Source: the human T2T-CHM13v2.0 reference genome, Homo sapiens
Assembly: GCF_009914755.1 (NCBI RefSeq)
Contig: NC_060933.1
Strand: one strand, 5' to 3'
DNA: 64,000 bases
How positions within the stretch are numbered: the first letter of the stretch is position 1; each line of letters opens with the position of its first letter. Position numbers and translations under genes: made by a program. The notes below the pieces were generated by a model. That model was not told the origin of the DNA. It saw only the letters and a list, made by a program, of their open reading frames with translations, and made no database searches. Shown here piece after piece: positions 45,991 through 60,141 of the stretch.

Positions 45991-47545
45991 TAAAATTAAA
46001 AAGTTGATTTTATTAATAGTTGGCCCTTGAAATTTACTCTGCAGTTGATTCATCAGATAATTTTTGAGCTATGACTATATGCTGGTTGAGGTGCTGGGAA
46101 CGTGGAAGGGAAACTGAGCATGGCCTGCCTTCATGGCCCTCATACTCTAGAGATTCAGTGCAAGTGATGGGTCGCTAGGAGTGGAAAGAATGTGTTTTGT
46201 GTACTGCCCCTCCAGCCCGCCATTCCACTGTGGGTAAAGAGCCCTGCTATGGTGACTAGGCCACCACGGTCTCATTCCATCTCTGCCACTAAACAATGGG
46301 TAAGCAAATCACTTAGGGTATGTCATTCTGTATTTTGTGAGGCTGACAGCAAAAAGTTTCTCCATGTACAGATGTGTGCCTCCAAGGTACATCATAATAT
46401 AGAACAATTACTGTTGCTAGTGGAATTCAGCTATCTTGCCGGCATCATTGATCTCTATCAGAATGTGGAAAACAGCTTATTTGCTCATTCTGGCTCATAG
46501 CCAAGATGCAGTTGTACCCACTCTATGAGGCATTTCCAATGGGGATGCCAAGAAGCCTTGGAGTGTGGGTGGTGGAATATAGTTCTGCTGAAATTGTAGA
46601 ACCAGAATTTCCACACCTCATCTGTGGTGAGCTCTGATCCAGTAGTCATGGATGACTTCTCTCAAGGATTCTTGACCAGAGCCAGGTCTGGGACAAATCC
46701 CTGGTTTTAACTGTCTGAGGGGGTCTCTGCTTCAATTAATTAGCTGGCAAGAGGATCACGTCTTAAACTGTCCCTCCTGATCACTTCTGGTAGGGTGGAG
46801 TTGGTGGGGAAAGTAATGCTAAATAAGGGTGGCCGTTTGTTGTGCTGAGACTACAGCTGTGTTTTTCACACATGTCATTGCATTGAAATCTCAAAAGAAG
46901 AAACATTAAATAACGTAGCTAGTAATTACATATATGAGTATTTGAACCCATATTTGTCTGATTCCTATAGCCTTTGCTTTTTTCATGATTGGGACTTCTC
47001 TTTCATTCTCAAATTAGAAGATTGTATTTTTCCCGGTTTAACTATCTTGAAGTCTTGAATGCCCACTCACTTATGAAAATGAGTCTTGGTTGGATACTTT
47101 TTAAAGGGTTCTGTATTTTAATGGCTTTGTGGGGGTTAATGTCTTGTAAGGTGTCCAAGGTAGTAAGTAATGGAGAGCATCTGTTGACTTCAGTAATAAA
47201 TTTCAAACTTGTTTAGAATTCTGCTTATGTGTTAAATTTGAGTTTCTCCAGTGAGTCCTTTTGTATCTTAGATGATTTATATTTTTCTGGGGAATCATTT
47301 AGTGTGTGTGTTTTTTTTAAACAAGTGGTCTTCATAAAGACTAGGGCAGACGGATGTATATCACACTCACTCAAACATCTGGACTAGACAGGGCAGCTCT
47401 GTTTGATGTTTGTTACAGAAATGGCACCATCAAATGCTAACAATTGTTTTATTCTGGTCTTAACATCATGTTTAAAACATGCCTTCCTTTTTTCTGCTTT
47501 TCAACTTAGCATTACTCTACTGACTGGCAGAGACAGGAGAGGTAG

Positions 47546-47959
<414 letters not shown>

Positions 47960-48670
47960 TGAAGATCAGATGTTGGCTTTTTAAAATACTGACATAGACT
48001 ATGCAGTTCTGATAAGTAGATCCTGTGATTTGTGGGTTGAAGGTATTTTTGTCTTGGTGAATTAGTACATTAGTCTATAAGTCTTATTTTTTCCTATCTG
48101 TGTTAAGTAACTTATCCACTAATGAACATACTGAAAATTATTCTTTCCTAAAAAGGCTGACATTTATTAACAAAAATTAGATCCCAAAGAGTAGAAGGAA
48201 AAAGTCCTTATCTAAAGGATTTTTTGGAAAGGGCTTTATTGAAATTAAATAGTTTCTAGGGAATCCTTAAAATGCACATTGCTGTCTCTCTGTGAAGCAC
48301 TTTTATTCTGGTTTTGGAAGAAGGTTCTGATTTTTGCAGAGCTCACGTCCAGCTGTTTATTTCTGGACTAAGGTTGTAATTATCCTTTATTTATGAGGCT
48401 TGGATTGTTGCTGTGGGGATGATCATATCTGTACAACTTGGCATTATGCCTTCACAGGAGATGCAAAGAAGAGAGACAGCCTTTTGAGAAAGTAAACAAG
48501 ATCCTCTGTGACAGTTTGCTTTGAAAGTAAGCAATAGCCAAGAAAAATCTATGAGGACATTACATACTACCTGAAGGTTTTGCCTAATGAGACACGTAGA
48601 GGTTTTACACTCCTTGGGATGATATCACAGGTGGATAGGGTGGCAGGGCTGCTTCTTGACATTAAGTAGG

Positions 48671-49277
48671 TGTATTCATTAGGATTCTCCAGAGAAACGG
48701 AACCAATAGGAGATAGAGATATATGTAAAAAGAGACTTATTATGAGGAATTGGCTCACACAGTTATGGAAGCTGAGAGTTCTATTATCTGCAGTCACCAA
48801 TCTGGATACCCAGCAGAACCTGTGGTATAGTTCCGGTCTGAGTCTACAGGCTCAGACCTGAGCCTGAGAACCAGGAGTTCCAGGAGAACTGATGATGTGA
48901 GTTCCAGTGATGTGAGAACCAGGAGAACCAGGAGAACTGATGATGTGAGTTCCAGTCTGAGTCCAAAGAGCCAGAAGAGTCAGTGGAGTAAGTTCAAGTC
49001 TGAGGGCAGGAGAAGACCCAGCTTAAGCAGTCAGGCAGAGAGAAAGCTTCTCCTTTCCTCTAGCTTTTTTTTTTTTTTTTTTTCTTATTCAGGCCCTCCA
49101 TGGATTTTGGGTGAGGCCCACCGACATTGCTGGAGGCAATCTGATTTATTCAGTCTAACAATTCAAATGATAATCTCATCCAGGAATACCCTGACAGACA
49201 TACCCAGAAATAATGTTTAATCAAATATCTAGGCACCTGAGGCCCAGTCAAGTTGACACATAAAATGAACCATTACA
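48671..49277 (-). mobile_element. MLT2-family (ERVL) solo LTR
   Basis: TG...CA termini; ttctccagagaaacggaaccaatagga and ggcccagtcaagttgacacataaaat; 5-bp TSD GTAGG/GTAGA; internal short tandem repeats at 48866-48960. Confidence 0.85.
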
Positions 49278-51474
49278 GTAGACAAGCCGTGGAAGATCCT
49301 GGCTTAAAACAAAAAGATTACCACAGAAAAGAGCAAGTCTTTCCTCCAGTTACGTAGGACTTTAGGTCAGTTTTAGGGTAGGGCATCAGAGCCCAAAAGG
49401 GAAGATCCTTTTGTTAAAAGTGTTGTAATTTGATGATTTTTCAAATTAGGAAAGTAATATATGGTTATTTTGAAAAGGAAAACAATACTGAGATAAACAG
49501 ATAATCTTACCTTCACCCCAAGTAACAGCTTGTTGTACATGCTTTTTCTATCTTGCTTTTCTGTATGTTCATTACAAATACTGTGTAAGCACAGATATGT
49601 ATATATTGGTGTTTTTTTTTGGTTACTTTTCTTTTGCTATTATAGAATCATGTTGTCTCTGTTAATTACTCTGTAACTTTCTTTTTTCATTTAACAATGT
49701 ATTATGGATATCCCTATGACATTCTCTAGTTTTCTGTCTCCTCTTTTTAACAGATACATTTGTTAGCTTGTCAGAGATCTAGAGAAATAAAGCTGCTCGT
49801 TTTCCATGTCATATTTTTCAGGGGACCTATTGAACATATTGACATCCAAGTCCTGAAATTGTTTTCTGTTTAGATTAAATGAATTTGGGAGCTATATTCT
49901 GGATCTGATCAATGACTTGTAAACCTTCCTCTAAGTGGCTTACATAATTTCAGAATAATTTGAAGGTGTCTCACCTTCAAAATGAAAGATAAAATGTGAG
50001 GGAAATACTTAGCTAAACTTTATTGTTCTTTAGCAGTTAAAAATTCAATGTGTGAGTGTTGGGTCAGTGTTATGTTTTTCTCCTGGATTGTTTTTATTAA
50101 TTGTTATCTCTTCTGATCCCTTCATTTTATGTCCTAGCATTTTTATTACACTTTCTCATATTCTCTCTACCCTCTTAAATACTCCCTCTTTTTGTTTTGC
50201 TTTGCTCGCATTCTGTGAGTTTTGCATTTTTTGCCATCCTGCTTCTCCTTGGCCCCAGCCCCTCAGATAGTTCCCTGCGTGAGGACACGGGTGAGGGTTT
50301 AGAGCTCACACCTGCTGACCAGATGCCTTCACTTTTTTCTATGCTTTTTATAGGCAGTTTTATTTCTTCTCTTATTCTTCCTTCTTCCTCTGAGGCTTCA
50401 GCTTTTTGCTTTTCAACATTACTGGAAATAAATAAACAAGTGGCCTAAATACATCTGCTGTGTTGCTTTGATTTCCTCTCTATTATTACTATTTAACAGA
50501 CTCAGTGACACTCTTTATACCAGATTCTTCCCATTTTTCTTCCAAACATCCTCTTTATGATACATTTTTTCCTCTTTTCAAGTGCATACTTTTGACTCTG
50601 CAGAAATTAACTTTCTTTTCTCCAAAACTGCAAACACTCATACTTTCTTGCTTGAAGTCATTTGGTTTCTATAAACTCCTGGAAATATTTCTTTCAGGCT
50701 GTTTTGAAAATTGCTATTACAGTTTGGGGAGGAATAGACTTTTCCTTTTTCAAACACATGCTTCATTGCCCAATTCTGGATTGGATTAATGTCGATTCAA
50801 TAGCTGTTTATTGCATGTCTGTCACGTATTATGCCTCAAGTTTTGGGTCCAGCCCCTGTGTTCGTTTATTTCCAAACTGTGCCTTTAACCTTTTCCGTTC
50901 CTCCTCCCTCTGTAGTACAGCTTTATCTATTGCACACACTTTCCTTTTCAGTATTCACCCCCCATTCACGGCTCTGTCCTGTCTGTTCCTCTCTTTCCAA
51001 CTGCCATGGAACCCTGTGGTTTCAACTTTCAAACTTTCCATGGTTCCTTCCCTTCCAATGAAGAAAAATTACCAAAAACTGGATCATCACAGATGTGTCA
51101 AACAGCCTTCCTTCAGACTTCAGACTAACTTCAACATATAACAGGTTTCAAGATTACTTACCAGGGTATGGAAAAATAGCCTATATTTGTCTACCTTGTG
51201 ACCAGGACTTCATTTTCATTGCCTGTTCTGATATTACAAAAAACAAACAAACAAACAAACAAACAAAAAAACAACCCTCCACTGTTTAAAGACTTAACAT
51301 TTGACTTACAGATAGTTTGCTGATCCTTTTGGTCTAGTCTCTTTTTTTAACTCTAGAATGGGTAGTAGATGATAGTGCCACACTTTTAAAGAACTTAGGA
51401 AGGGGTCTGAAAACTCCAAATAGAAATATTTTACCTTATAGAGGTGTCTAACTAATGTCCTTTAAATGTTTCAG

Positions 51475-51604
51475 CCCATCGATGGTATACATGACAAGGG
51501 GATTGTAGAAGACATCCATTGTGGATCCATGAAGGGCACTGGTATGCGACCACCTCACCCAGGCATGGGCCCTCCCCAGAGTCCAATGGATCAACACAGC
51601 CAAG
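51475..51604 (+). CDS. SMARCA2: SMARCA2 exon 3 (130 nt): [43 protein letters not shown](G)
   Basis: Acceptor tttcAG|CCC, donor AAG|GTTTGT; frame joins exons 2 and 4; this frame is absent from the supplied ORF track. Confidence 0.96.
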
Positions 51605-52114
51605 GTTTGTGTCCGCTGCACACCTGATACTGGTTCCCCAGCATAGTCTTTCAGTCTTTCCTGTTGGATATTTTAATTATGAATTCCAAAGAATGTGTCT
51701 AAGGAAGGTTGAACCTAGTAGGTTTCTTTTCCTTATGGAAATCTACCTCCGTCCTCACCAATACAACCTGATGATTTATATGGGAAATTTTATTTCCGAA
51801 GTCCTAGTAATTTTACTAGCCACCATGTGTCCAAGCAGTCTGCAAAGAGCTCTATGTACTTTATCTAGAATCTTTATCGTGATCTTTTAGGGTAAATTAG
51901 GTTATCCCAGTTTTATAGATAGAGAAGATAAAGCTGGACAATTTACTTTGTTTTGCTAAGTTTACATGTCCAATCGGTGACAGGGCCAGAAAGAGAATCT
52001 AGGCCTGCTTCCCAGCAACAGTGTAGATGTGAAGGTAAGGTGAACCACCTGTGTCCCTTGAATTGCATGCTTATCCATTGTCTATAAGGCAGCTTTATCT
52101 GGCAGTGAAATTAT

Positions 52115-52877
52115 GTGTCATTTCTGGTGGGTGGCTGGGCCTGCCATAGCAAATTACCACAAACAGAAATGTATTCTCTTATATAATTCTGGAGGCAAAG
52201 TCTGAAATCAAAGCATCAGCAGGGCCATGCTCTCTCTGAAGGCTTTAGAGAAGTATCCTTCCTTGCTGCTTCCTAGTTTCTGGTGGTTGCCAGCAATCCT
52301 TGGCATTCCTGGACTTGCAGATGCATCACTGCAATCTCTGCCTTAGTATCCACATGAAATTTTTCCTGTGTGTCTGTCTGTGTCCAGATTGTCTTCTTTT
52401 TATGGGGGCCATTCATTGGATTAGGGTCTTCCCTAATGCAGTATGGCCTCATCTTAATGTGATTACATCTACAAAAATACTGTTTCAGGCCGGGCCTGGT
52501 GGCTGAAGCCTGTAATCCCAGCGCTTTGGGAGGCTGAGACGGGCGGATCACGAGATCAAGAGATCGAGACCATCCTGGTCAACATGGTGAAACCCCGTCT
52601 CTAGTAAACATACAAAAATCAGCTGGGCGTGGTGGCACATGCCTGTAGTCTCAGCTACTTGGGAGGCTGAGGCATGAGAATCGCTTGAACCCGGGGGCAG
52701 AGGTTGCAGTGAGCCGAGATCGCACCATTGCTCTCTAGCCTGGCGACAGAGCAAGACTGCGTCTCAAAAAAAAAAAAAAAAAAAAAAAACTATTTCAAAG
52801 TAAGGCACATTCCCAGGTACTGGGGGTTAGGACTTCAACATATTTGGAGGAGGGGGAACACAATTCAACTCACAACA
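52115..52877 (-). mobile_element. MLT1 (MaLR) LTR interrupted by an Alu
   Basis: gccatagcaaattaccacaaac..gtctgaaatcaa..cagcagggccatgctc..tttctggtggttgccagcaatccttggc..ggttaggacttcaacatat..acacaattcaac. Confidence 0.85.
52488..52789 (+). mobile_element. Alu (AluSc-like) in intron 3
   Basis: Full dimer with poly-A tail; degenerate TSD ACT(G/A)TTTCA. Confidence 0.95.
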
Positions 52878-53523
52878 ATGGCTAAATCAGTATATGGCAT
52901 ATTTCTTTTCTTCTTCATACGTAACAAGTCCTCTTTCTTTTCTTCACTGGTGAAAACTATTCACGTACCTCAAAGCCTTTTAATACAATGTAGCCTGATT
53001 TCAGAGTCATTATGTGGTCATTTCAACATATGACGGACATGAGTTAATCTAGCACTAATTAAAATTAATATGTAGTTATTCCAATTCAAGGTTTATGGTT
53101 TATGCGTTGCTATATATAATCCTGTGTAATTAATGTGTGTGTTTCCTCTATCCATGATCAGCTATCCATCCACTCGAGGGAAGACTTTTGGCTGTGAGGA
53201 TTTAGAGAAGTCTATGCACAGTTGTTTTCTTTTTGAAATATAAATAGGCAAGTCATGGAGGCATAGGAGTGCCTCCCCACTAGTATTTGAACAGGCTTTT
53301 GAACATCCCAGACTCTTATCTGAATTTTGGTGGCAGGCAGGCATAATTGTTGCAGATAACTCATAGAATCTTGACCATGTCAGAAGAGCAGCCTAAAAGC
53401 ACTGGGAATTTTTGCAGTACAAGAAGAACAGATTTGACTCATTCACGGTTATGAATGAAGTAAGACAATATTTCCAGGCTTATCATTTACATTTGAAGGG
53501 GCCAAGTATGTTCATGGAGCTAA

Positions 53524-53865
<342 letters not shown>

Positions 53866-54699
53866 TTAAACCTTTATTTTTAATACCTGGGAGGTATAGA
53901 TGAGTAACGTTTAGTGATTCTTGAAGCCAGGTGCTTACTTTTTCTGCTCCTGTTGTTGCAGTAGCTCTAATAGTGGAGTCCTAGGAAAACCTGAAAACTA
54001 AAACCACTTTAAATGCACAAATCATAATTGAGAGCATTTTTACTTTTATTTCTGTGATCACTTGGCTCCCCTCTTCAACTTAAGAATGATGTCTTATTTA
54101 TCTTGGAATCCACAACACTTAGGATGATATCTAGCTAGCACATGGCTAGATAGATATTAGTAAATTTTGTTCAATTAGGTGTGGAAGTTTGTGTATTAAA
54201 GAGTCAACAGTTTAAAATGATCTCAACTTTTATATAATTTCAATGAAGTATAATAACTTTAAATGCAAAGGTCTGCATTAAAGGGAATCAGAATTAACAT
54301 GTAATATTCTCTAAAATAGTGAAGTGCATTGTAGGCTGAGGAATGAGTTATTTAAGGGTATATTTTTGAATAAAGCAATATTAGTATAATGCAGTCCTAT
54401 TTTATATAATGATCTAAAAAGAATTTAGACTTGGTAATAGCACGTGTCTTTAAAAAACTCACTGTGAAAAGCCATTTATTAATATAAAAACACAGGAACA
54501 GAGAGATGTGGTATTGATTGGAAGGCTGCGAGCTTTTAACTACCTAGCAACCTATTAGGTTATTTTAGGGTATTGGTCAAGAAGGAAAGCCATTTCCTTC
54601 AATAAATACTGAATTGTGTACCTTATGGTCCCAATGATAACATTGTTTATTTTTAGTCCATTGGATAGAAACCCTTCAAAAGCAGGTATATATTTAAAT

Positions 54700-54742
54700 A
54701 GTGTGTGTGTGTGTGTGTGTGTGTGTTTGTATGTGTGCGTGT
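54700..54742. repeat. (GT)n microsatellite
   Basis: Read directly. Confidence 0.95.
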
Positions 54743-56859
54743 AGAGAAAATTCATGTAGAATTGGCACTTAGAAGTTCAAGATTATTAATAGGAGAGAGG
54801 TTATTGCATCTCTCTGAGGCAAGGTGAAACTGGGGAGATAATAGCCCTTGAAGACTAGGGAAAGAAAACTGCCACTTTTTGACTACTTTCGAATGAGCAA
54901 ATCAAAGAAGATTCCAAAAAGAGCAGAATCTGCATCAACACTGTCATCCTACAGACCAATGTATATTCACTCTCAGGCAATTTCTTCACTCTGTTTTCTC
55001 AACTAAAGATAATTACCAAAATATGTGATGTTGTATCACTTAGATTCTGTTTTTCCTCAAGTTTTATGGGATGCTATTCATGTAGAAATAAAAATCTCTA
55101 TTTTTAATACCATACGGTGACAGAATGATTCTATTCACATCCCCTACAAATTCTGGGAAATGATTCTTCTCACTTTCATTTTCTTCTGATCAAATTTGAG
55201 GTAAAATTTTGTTGTATTGACTAACTCAGAAATGATTTTTATTTCCCTCTCAATTTTCTGATCAAATTTGAGGTAGGAATTTTTTTGTATTGATTTTCCA
55301 GTGACCAGGTTCTTTTTTTCAGTTTGAATTCTTATGTTTAATGTAACTGTCTCACCTTCATAATGTTGCCTTGTTCATAGTTTAAAAGAGTGATTTAAGA
55401 AATAGTGTTATACAGTTGAATTTAGACTAGGTTGCCTAATATTTTGGTTCATTGTATTAGGCATCTTATGATTTGCCATGAGTGAGATTGTAATTGATGA
55501 CCTTAGGAAATAGGAAAGACCGGAAATCAGGAAACATATGACTAATTTTAAGCCCTGGTCGTATCTCTTCTACTGTGAAAATGTTAGTAGCTTTGGTGGA
55601 AAGATTTTTCCTCTTATGGTAGACTCAGTGCTGGCCAGAAAGACGTCATAATGAACAGACTGCCATTTTGTACTAGCGTTACAACTAGGGGGTTAATGTA
55701 AGCCTTCTTAAAGAAGAATGTATGCTGAAGTTAAGTGTCTGTTATTGATATTCTCTAAGTGTTTATTGTTATAATAACAACATGTCAGGATTTAAATTTC
55801 TGCTAGTCTTGCAAGCTTTCAAGGGAATTTTCTTGGCTAATTTATATAACCAACTAAAACTGTAATCACTGCATGGTGTTTGTGCTTCCTCACGGAGTAG
55901 GGATTTGTGGAATGAAATTTAGCAATTCTTCTATTTACCTTTAGGGCAGGATTCTCCTGAATAGAGTTCTACTTCTCATCAGTTGGTGGAGCAAAACCCA
56001 TTCTTGGTTTAGGGGATCACGCTAAATCTGCCTCCCTCTCCAAATGACAATTGGAGATAAAAGTAACTGAATCTTTTATTTTCTGTGGTCTTGTGAATTA
56101 TGATGGTGAATCCCCAGTTGGTGGCGGTCATATATTCTCCGGCCTCTGTGATTCTGCAGATGCACAGAGCTCTTTCAGTTCAAATTTTTCTTAGGTTCGG
56201 GCATGCAGCAGGAATTTAATAAACACTTATGTGATGACCTTTGTGAGAACTGTGACACGATTACATTTATTAAAGGGCAGAGACTTTTCATCTATGTATG
56301 TAATGCCATATTCTGGGACACCTTTGACTTGATTAATTGGCACTTTGTTTCAGCTCAAGGACACCTTTTGGATTGCTTTAGGCCACTTTGTTCTTTCCTT
56401 CATCTTGGAGCTCCCTCCAACAATGTTCAGTCATATGTCTTTCTAGGAATTCTATGGCCAAGCTATGCAGGTCATCTCCTGAAATAAGTCCCTTGAGGTT
56501 TTTTGTGCATTTTGATTTTTCTTCCCCAGAAAAGTGTTCTTCAATTTCCCATTTAGATCTCTTATAAACCAAACAGTTTACTCTCATTTTTATGTTATAT
56601 CACAAGTGGTTCTAGAAGGTTTTTGAAACTTTCAAGTCCCTAACTTATTTTCATATAACCAAATTTGTATTAGATCATGGAAAGGGCATATGCATTAGAA
56701 TCAGACAGACCTTTGTTTAAATATTAAAGCTCCCAAAAGTTAATTGTGTGACTTTGGGTAACTGGTTTACTCTCTGAGCCTCATTTTCCTCATTTTAAAA
56801 AATGTGGTAACAGTATATATCTTTTAGGTTGTTGTAAGGATTGAAGAAATAATGTATGT

Positions 56860-57325
56860 TCTACCCATATCTTCTTGATTCCCCTTACCATTTCTATACC
56901 CCCACCAGCCTGATTTCCTGTGCCCAGAACCACTGTCTTGGTTCACTTCCGTCTACTGACACCTACCTTTCCCACATAATGGCAAAGTCCCTGGAGAATA
57001 ATAATCTTTAGGGCATTAGTCATAACCAGTGGCTTAACCAGTGACTGCTGATTGCAGGAGTATAAGTACCCCAGCTTCTTTACCCCTTTCCTGAAATAAT
57101 TTGGAGGCAAGTTATTTACTATATATTCTAGAGTTTCTGCACTGAATTAATCTTCAGGTACCCACTGCAGCAGCTGGCTTGAAAATACCCCCCCTTTACT
57201 GGCTGCCTTCCCTTCCTTATATTACCTTTTCATACCCCTATTAGTGTCCCCTTACCTTCCCAGTAAATTACTAGTACTCAATCCTTAAATAAGACTCTGC
57301 TACTAGGGAGAACCCAACTGTGACA
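56860..57325 (+). mobile_element. LTR16-like old ERVL LTR
   Basis: ggagtataagtaccccagctt..ggctgccttcccttcc..cccagtaaattact..ggagaacccaactgtgaca; boundaries approximate. Confidence 0.55.
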
Positions 57326-57554
57326 GTTGAGTGCAAGTCAACTCCTTGCATAGTACCTACAACATGTAGGCACTCAATAATTGCAAGTTATTCATAACAT
57401 GCATAATAATAAACCAAGTGTTCGCTCTTCACCTAAGAAATTCTTTATTCCCCATTGAGATATATCAGGTTATGTTCTCGCAGTTGGAGCTACTTTTACC
57501 ATTCAGTACTGTCCCTTGGTTAGTGGTGAACAACAACCACTAACGGTTTACCTT

Positions 57555-57830
57555 CTAGGACACATGTAGCTATTGATCACTTGAAGTGTGGTTAGTTCGA
57601 ATTGAGATGTCCTTTAAGTGTAAAATATTTAGTGGATTTCAAAGACTTAATATGAAAAAAAGAATGTAGAATGTCTCATCAACAGTTTTTACATTTTAAA
57701 ATGATGTTTTGGGTATGTTGGTTTAAGTAAAATACATTTAAATTAACTTTACCTGCTTTTTTTTTTTTTAACACTTTAAAGTGGCTACCAGAAAATTTTA
57801 AATTTTACATATATATAAAGCACATATTGA
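57555..57830. mobile_element. MER33-like hAT-Charlie element
   Basis: cacatgtagctattga.cacttgaa.tgtgg.tagt.cgaattgagatgt..taagtgtaaaata..ggatttcaaagactta..gtggctaccagaaaattt. Confidence 0.75.
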
Positions 57831-57864
57831 TATGTAAAGATCTTAAACTCCATATAATTAATAA

Positions 57865-58470
<606 letters not shown>

Positions 58471-58612
58471 TAACAAAGACTGCTCACCAAAACACCGGGT
58501 TGTTAAAAGCCCGGGGCTGACGTAGCCTTTTGTTATACCTCACTGGCTCTCTATCCTTGCTCCACTTAGATGGCCAAGATTCTTGGTCTTCCCCTGCTGT
58601 TGAGACCTAGGG

Positions 58613-58748
58613 CAGTGTTTCTTAACCTTAAAAGGTGGTTGTGCAAGCTGGAGACCCAGGGAAAAAGCACCTGTGATTTTGCGTTCTCTTTGAAGCGGTT
58701 CAAGGTTTCTTGGAAGCCCATCCACACACACAAGGTTAAGAACCTCTG
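58613..58748. mobile_element. MER117-like hAT MITE remnant
   Basis: Terminal inverted repeats CAGTGTTTCTTAACCTT ... AAGGTTAAGAACCTCTG; internal gaagcccatcca. Confidence 0.6.
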
Positions 58749-59775
58749 GACTTAGTGCATTTCATCCCCAGAACTCACTGCTCAGATCAGCCCCACTAGA
58801 GCCATTTTATAATTTGTTGATTTGTTTATTTCTATCCCTTTTTGTTATGAAGAACATCTGGAGAGGCTTACAAGAAGCATGCCTGTTGTAAAATAATTAT
58901 GAGTAGCAAAATCAGCAACAAGGGAAAATAGAAAAAAAAGTAAGAAATTGAGGCAAGAAAGTAGGGCTGCAAAAGTTCTCATAGTTGCTGTATTTGCTTC
59001 AAAGATGACTTGAGTTTCTTGACAATCAGAGCCAAAAGGAGACAAAGTCCTGTATCTAAGTCTCGCCCTTTGGAAGGAAGTTCCTTACCAGTTTCTCAGA
59101 AAAAGCCATTTCTAGCATGAGAGTATAGAGTTGATTTCCCAGGTGAGATTATTTTTTAAATTATTATCATCATCATTATTGTAAGAGGCACTGCATGACA
59201 GAAACATCAATAGCATTTGTTCATAATAGACTAACAGATTCAACATGGCCTATTTCTTATACACCTTGGGATGAAGTCTGAAGCTATGACATTATACAAT
59301 GGGTAGAAATGATACAATCCTTTGCATGGCCTCTTGGTCTTCTGTCTTGATCCCATTGATAGACTTCAGAGGTGCAGGGGACTGTGAAGTGATCTTCCAT
59401 GAAGGTTGTTTTCTCTAGGAAGCGTTTTGTTAAAGAACTGGAAAAGCAGAGATTGTATGGGTCTACTCTAATGAAAACTTTGGATTCTAGGGAATGAGGT
59501 ACTTCCTTGACGTTGATACCATTTCCTCTGAGTGGTTTCCATTCATTTAGGCAAGTTCTGACATGCAGGTTGTTGCAAACAGCTAGTTTGGGATATTGGT
59601 ACTGTTCCTGGGTTTTGGGCCTTATACCATGGGAGAGAGTTCAGATTAGTATTTTTTCATTAATATTCTGCCTATTGAGTTTGTATACGTTTATTTTCTG
59701 GTAGAGGCAGCTCCAAGAGTAGGCCTACCTAAGAGATATCCTCATCTTATTAATTGTTATAGCCTTAAGAATGGA

Positions 59776-60141
59776 TGTCTTAGTAAGTCTGAGCTGCTGT
59801 AATGAAAGGTCATTGACTGGGTGGCTTAAAAACAGCAAATTTATTTCTTACAGCTCTGAATGCTGGGAATTCCAACCTCAAAACACCAGCAGATTCAGTG
59901 TCTGGTGAGGGCCTGCTTCCTGATTCATAGATGGCTTCCTTCTCACTGTGTCCTCACATGGCAGAAGAGACAAGGCAGCTCTCTGGAGCCTCTTTTACAA
60001 GGGCATGAATCCCAATTATGAGGACTCTACTCTCATGAAATAGTCACCTCCCAAAGACCCCACCTTCTAATACCATCTCCCTGGGAATTAGGATTTTAAC
60101 ATATGAATTTTGAGGGGACCATAAACTTTCAGACCATGGCA
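59776..60141 (-). mobile_element. MLT1A-like (MaLR) solo LTR
   Basis: tgtcttagt..gactgggtggctta..atttatttcttacag..cagcagattcagtgtctggtgagggcc..cacctcccaaagaccccacc..aacatatgaattttgagggg..cagaccatggca. Confidence 0.88.

Noticed and set aside
48866-48965. Short tandem units (GAGAACCAG / GAACTGATGATGTGAGTTCCAGT)
   Set aside because: They lie inside an MLT2 LTR, a family with internal tandem repeats; TGATGA alone does not support a C/D snoRNA.
51519-51890. 123-aa ORF overlapping exon 3
   Set aside because: Wrong frame relative to the spliced SMARCA2 CDS and runs into intron 3.
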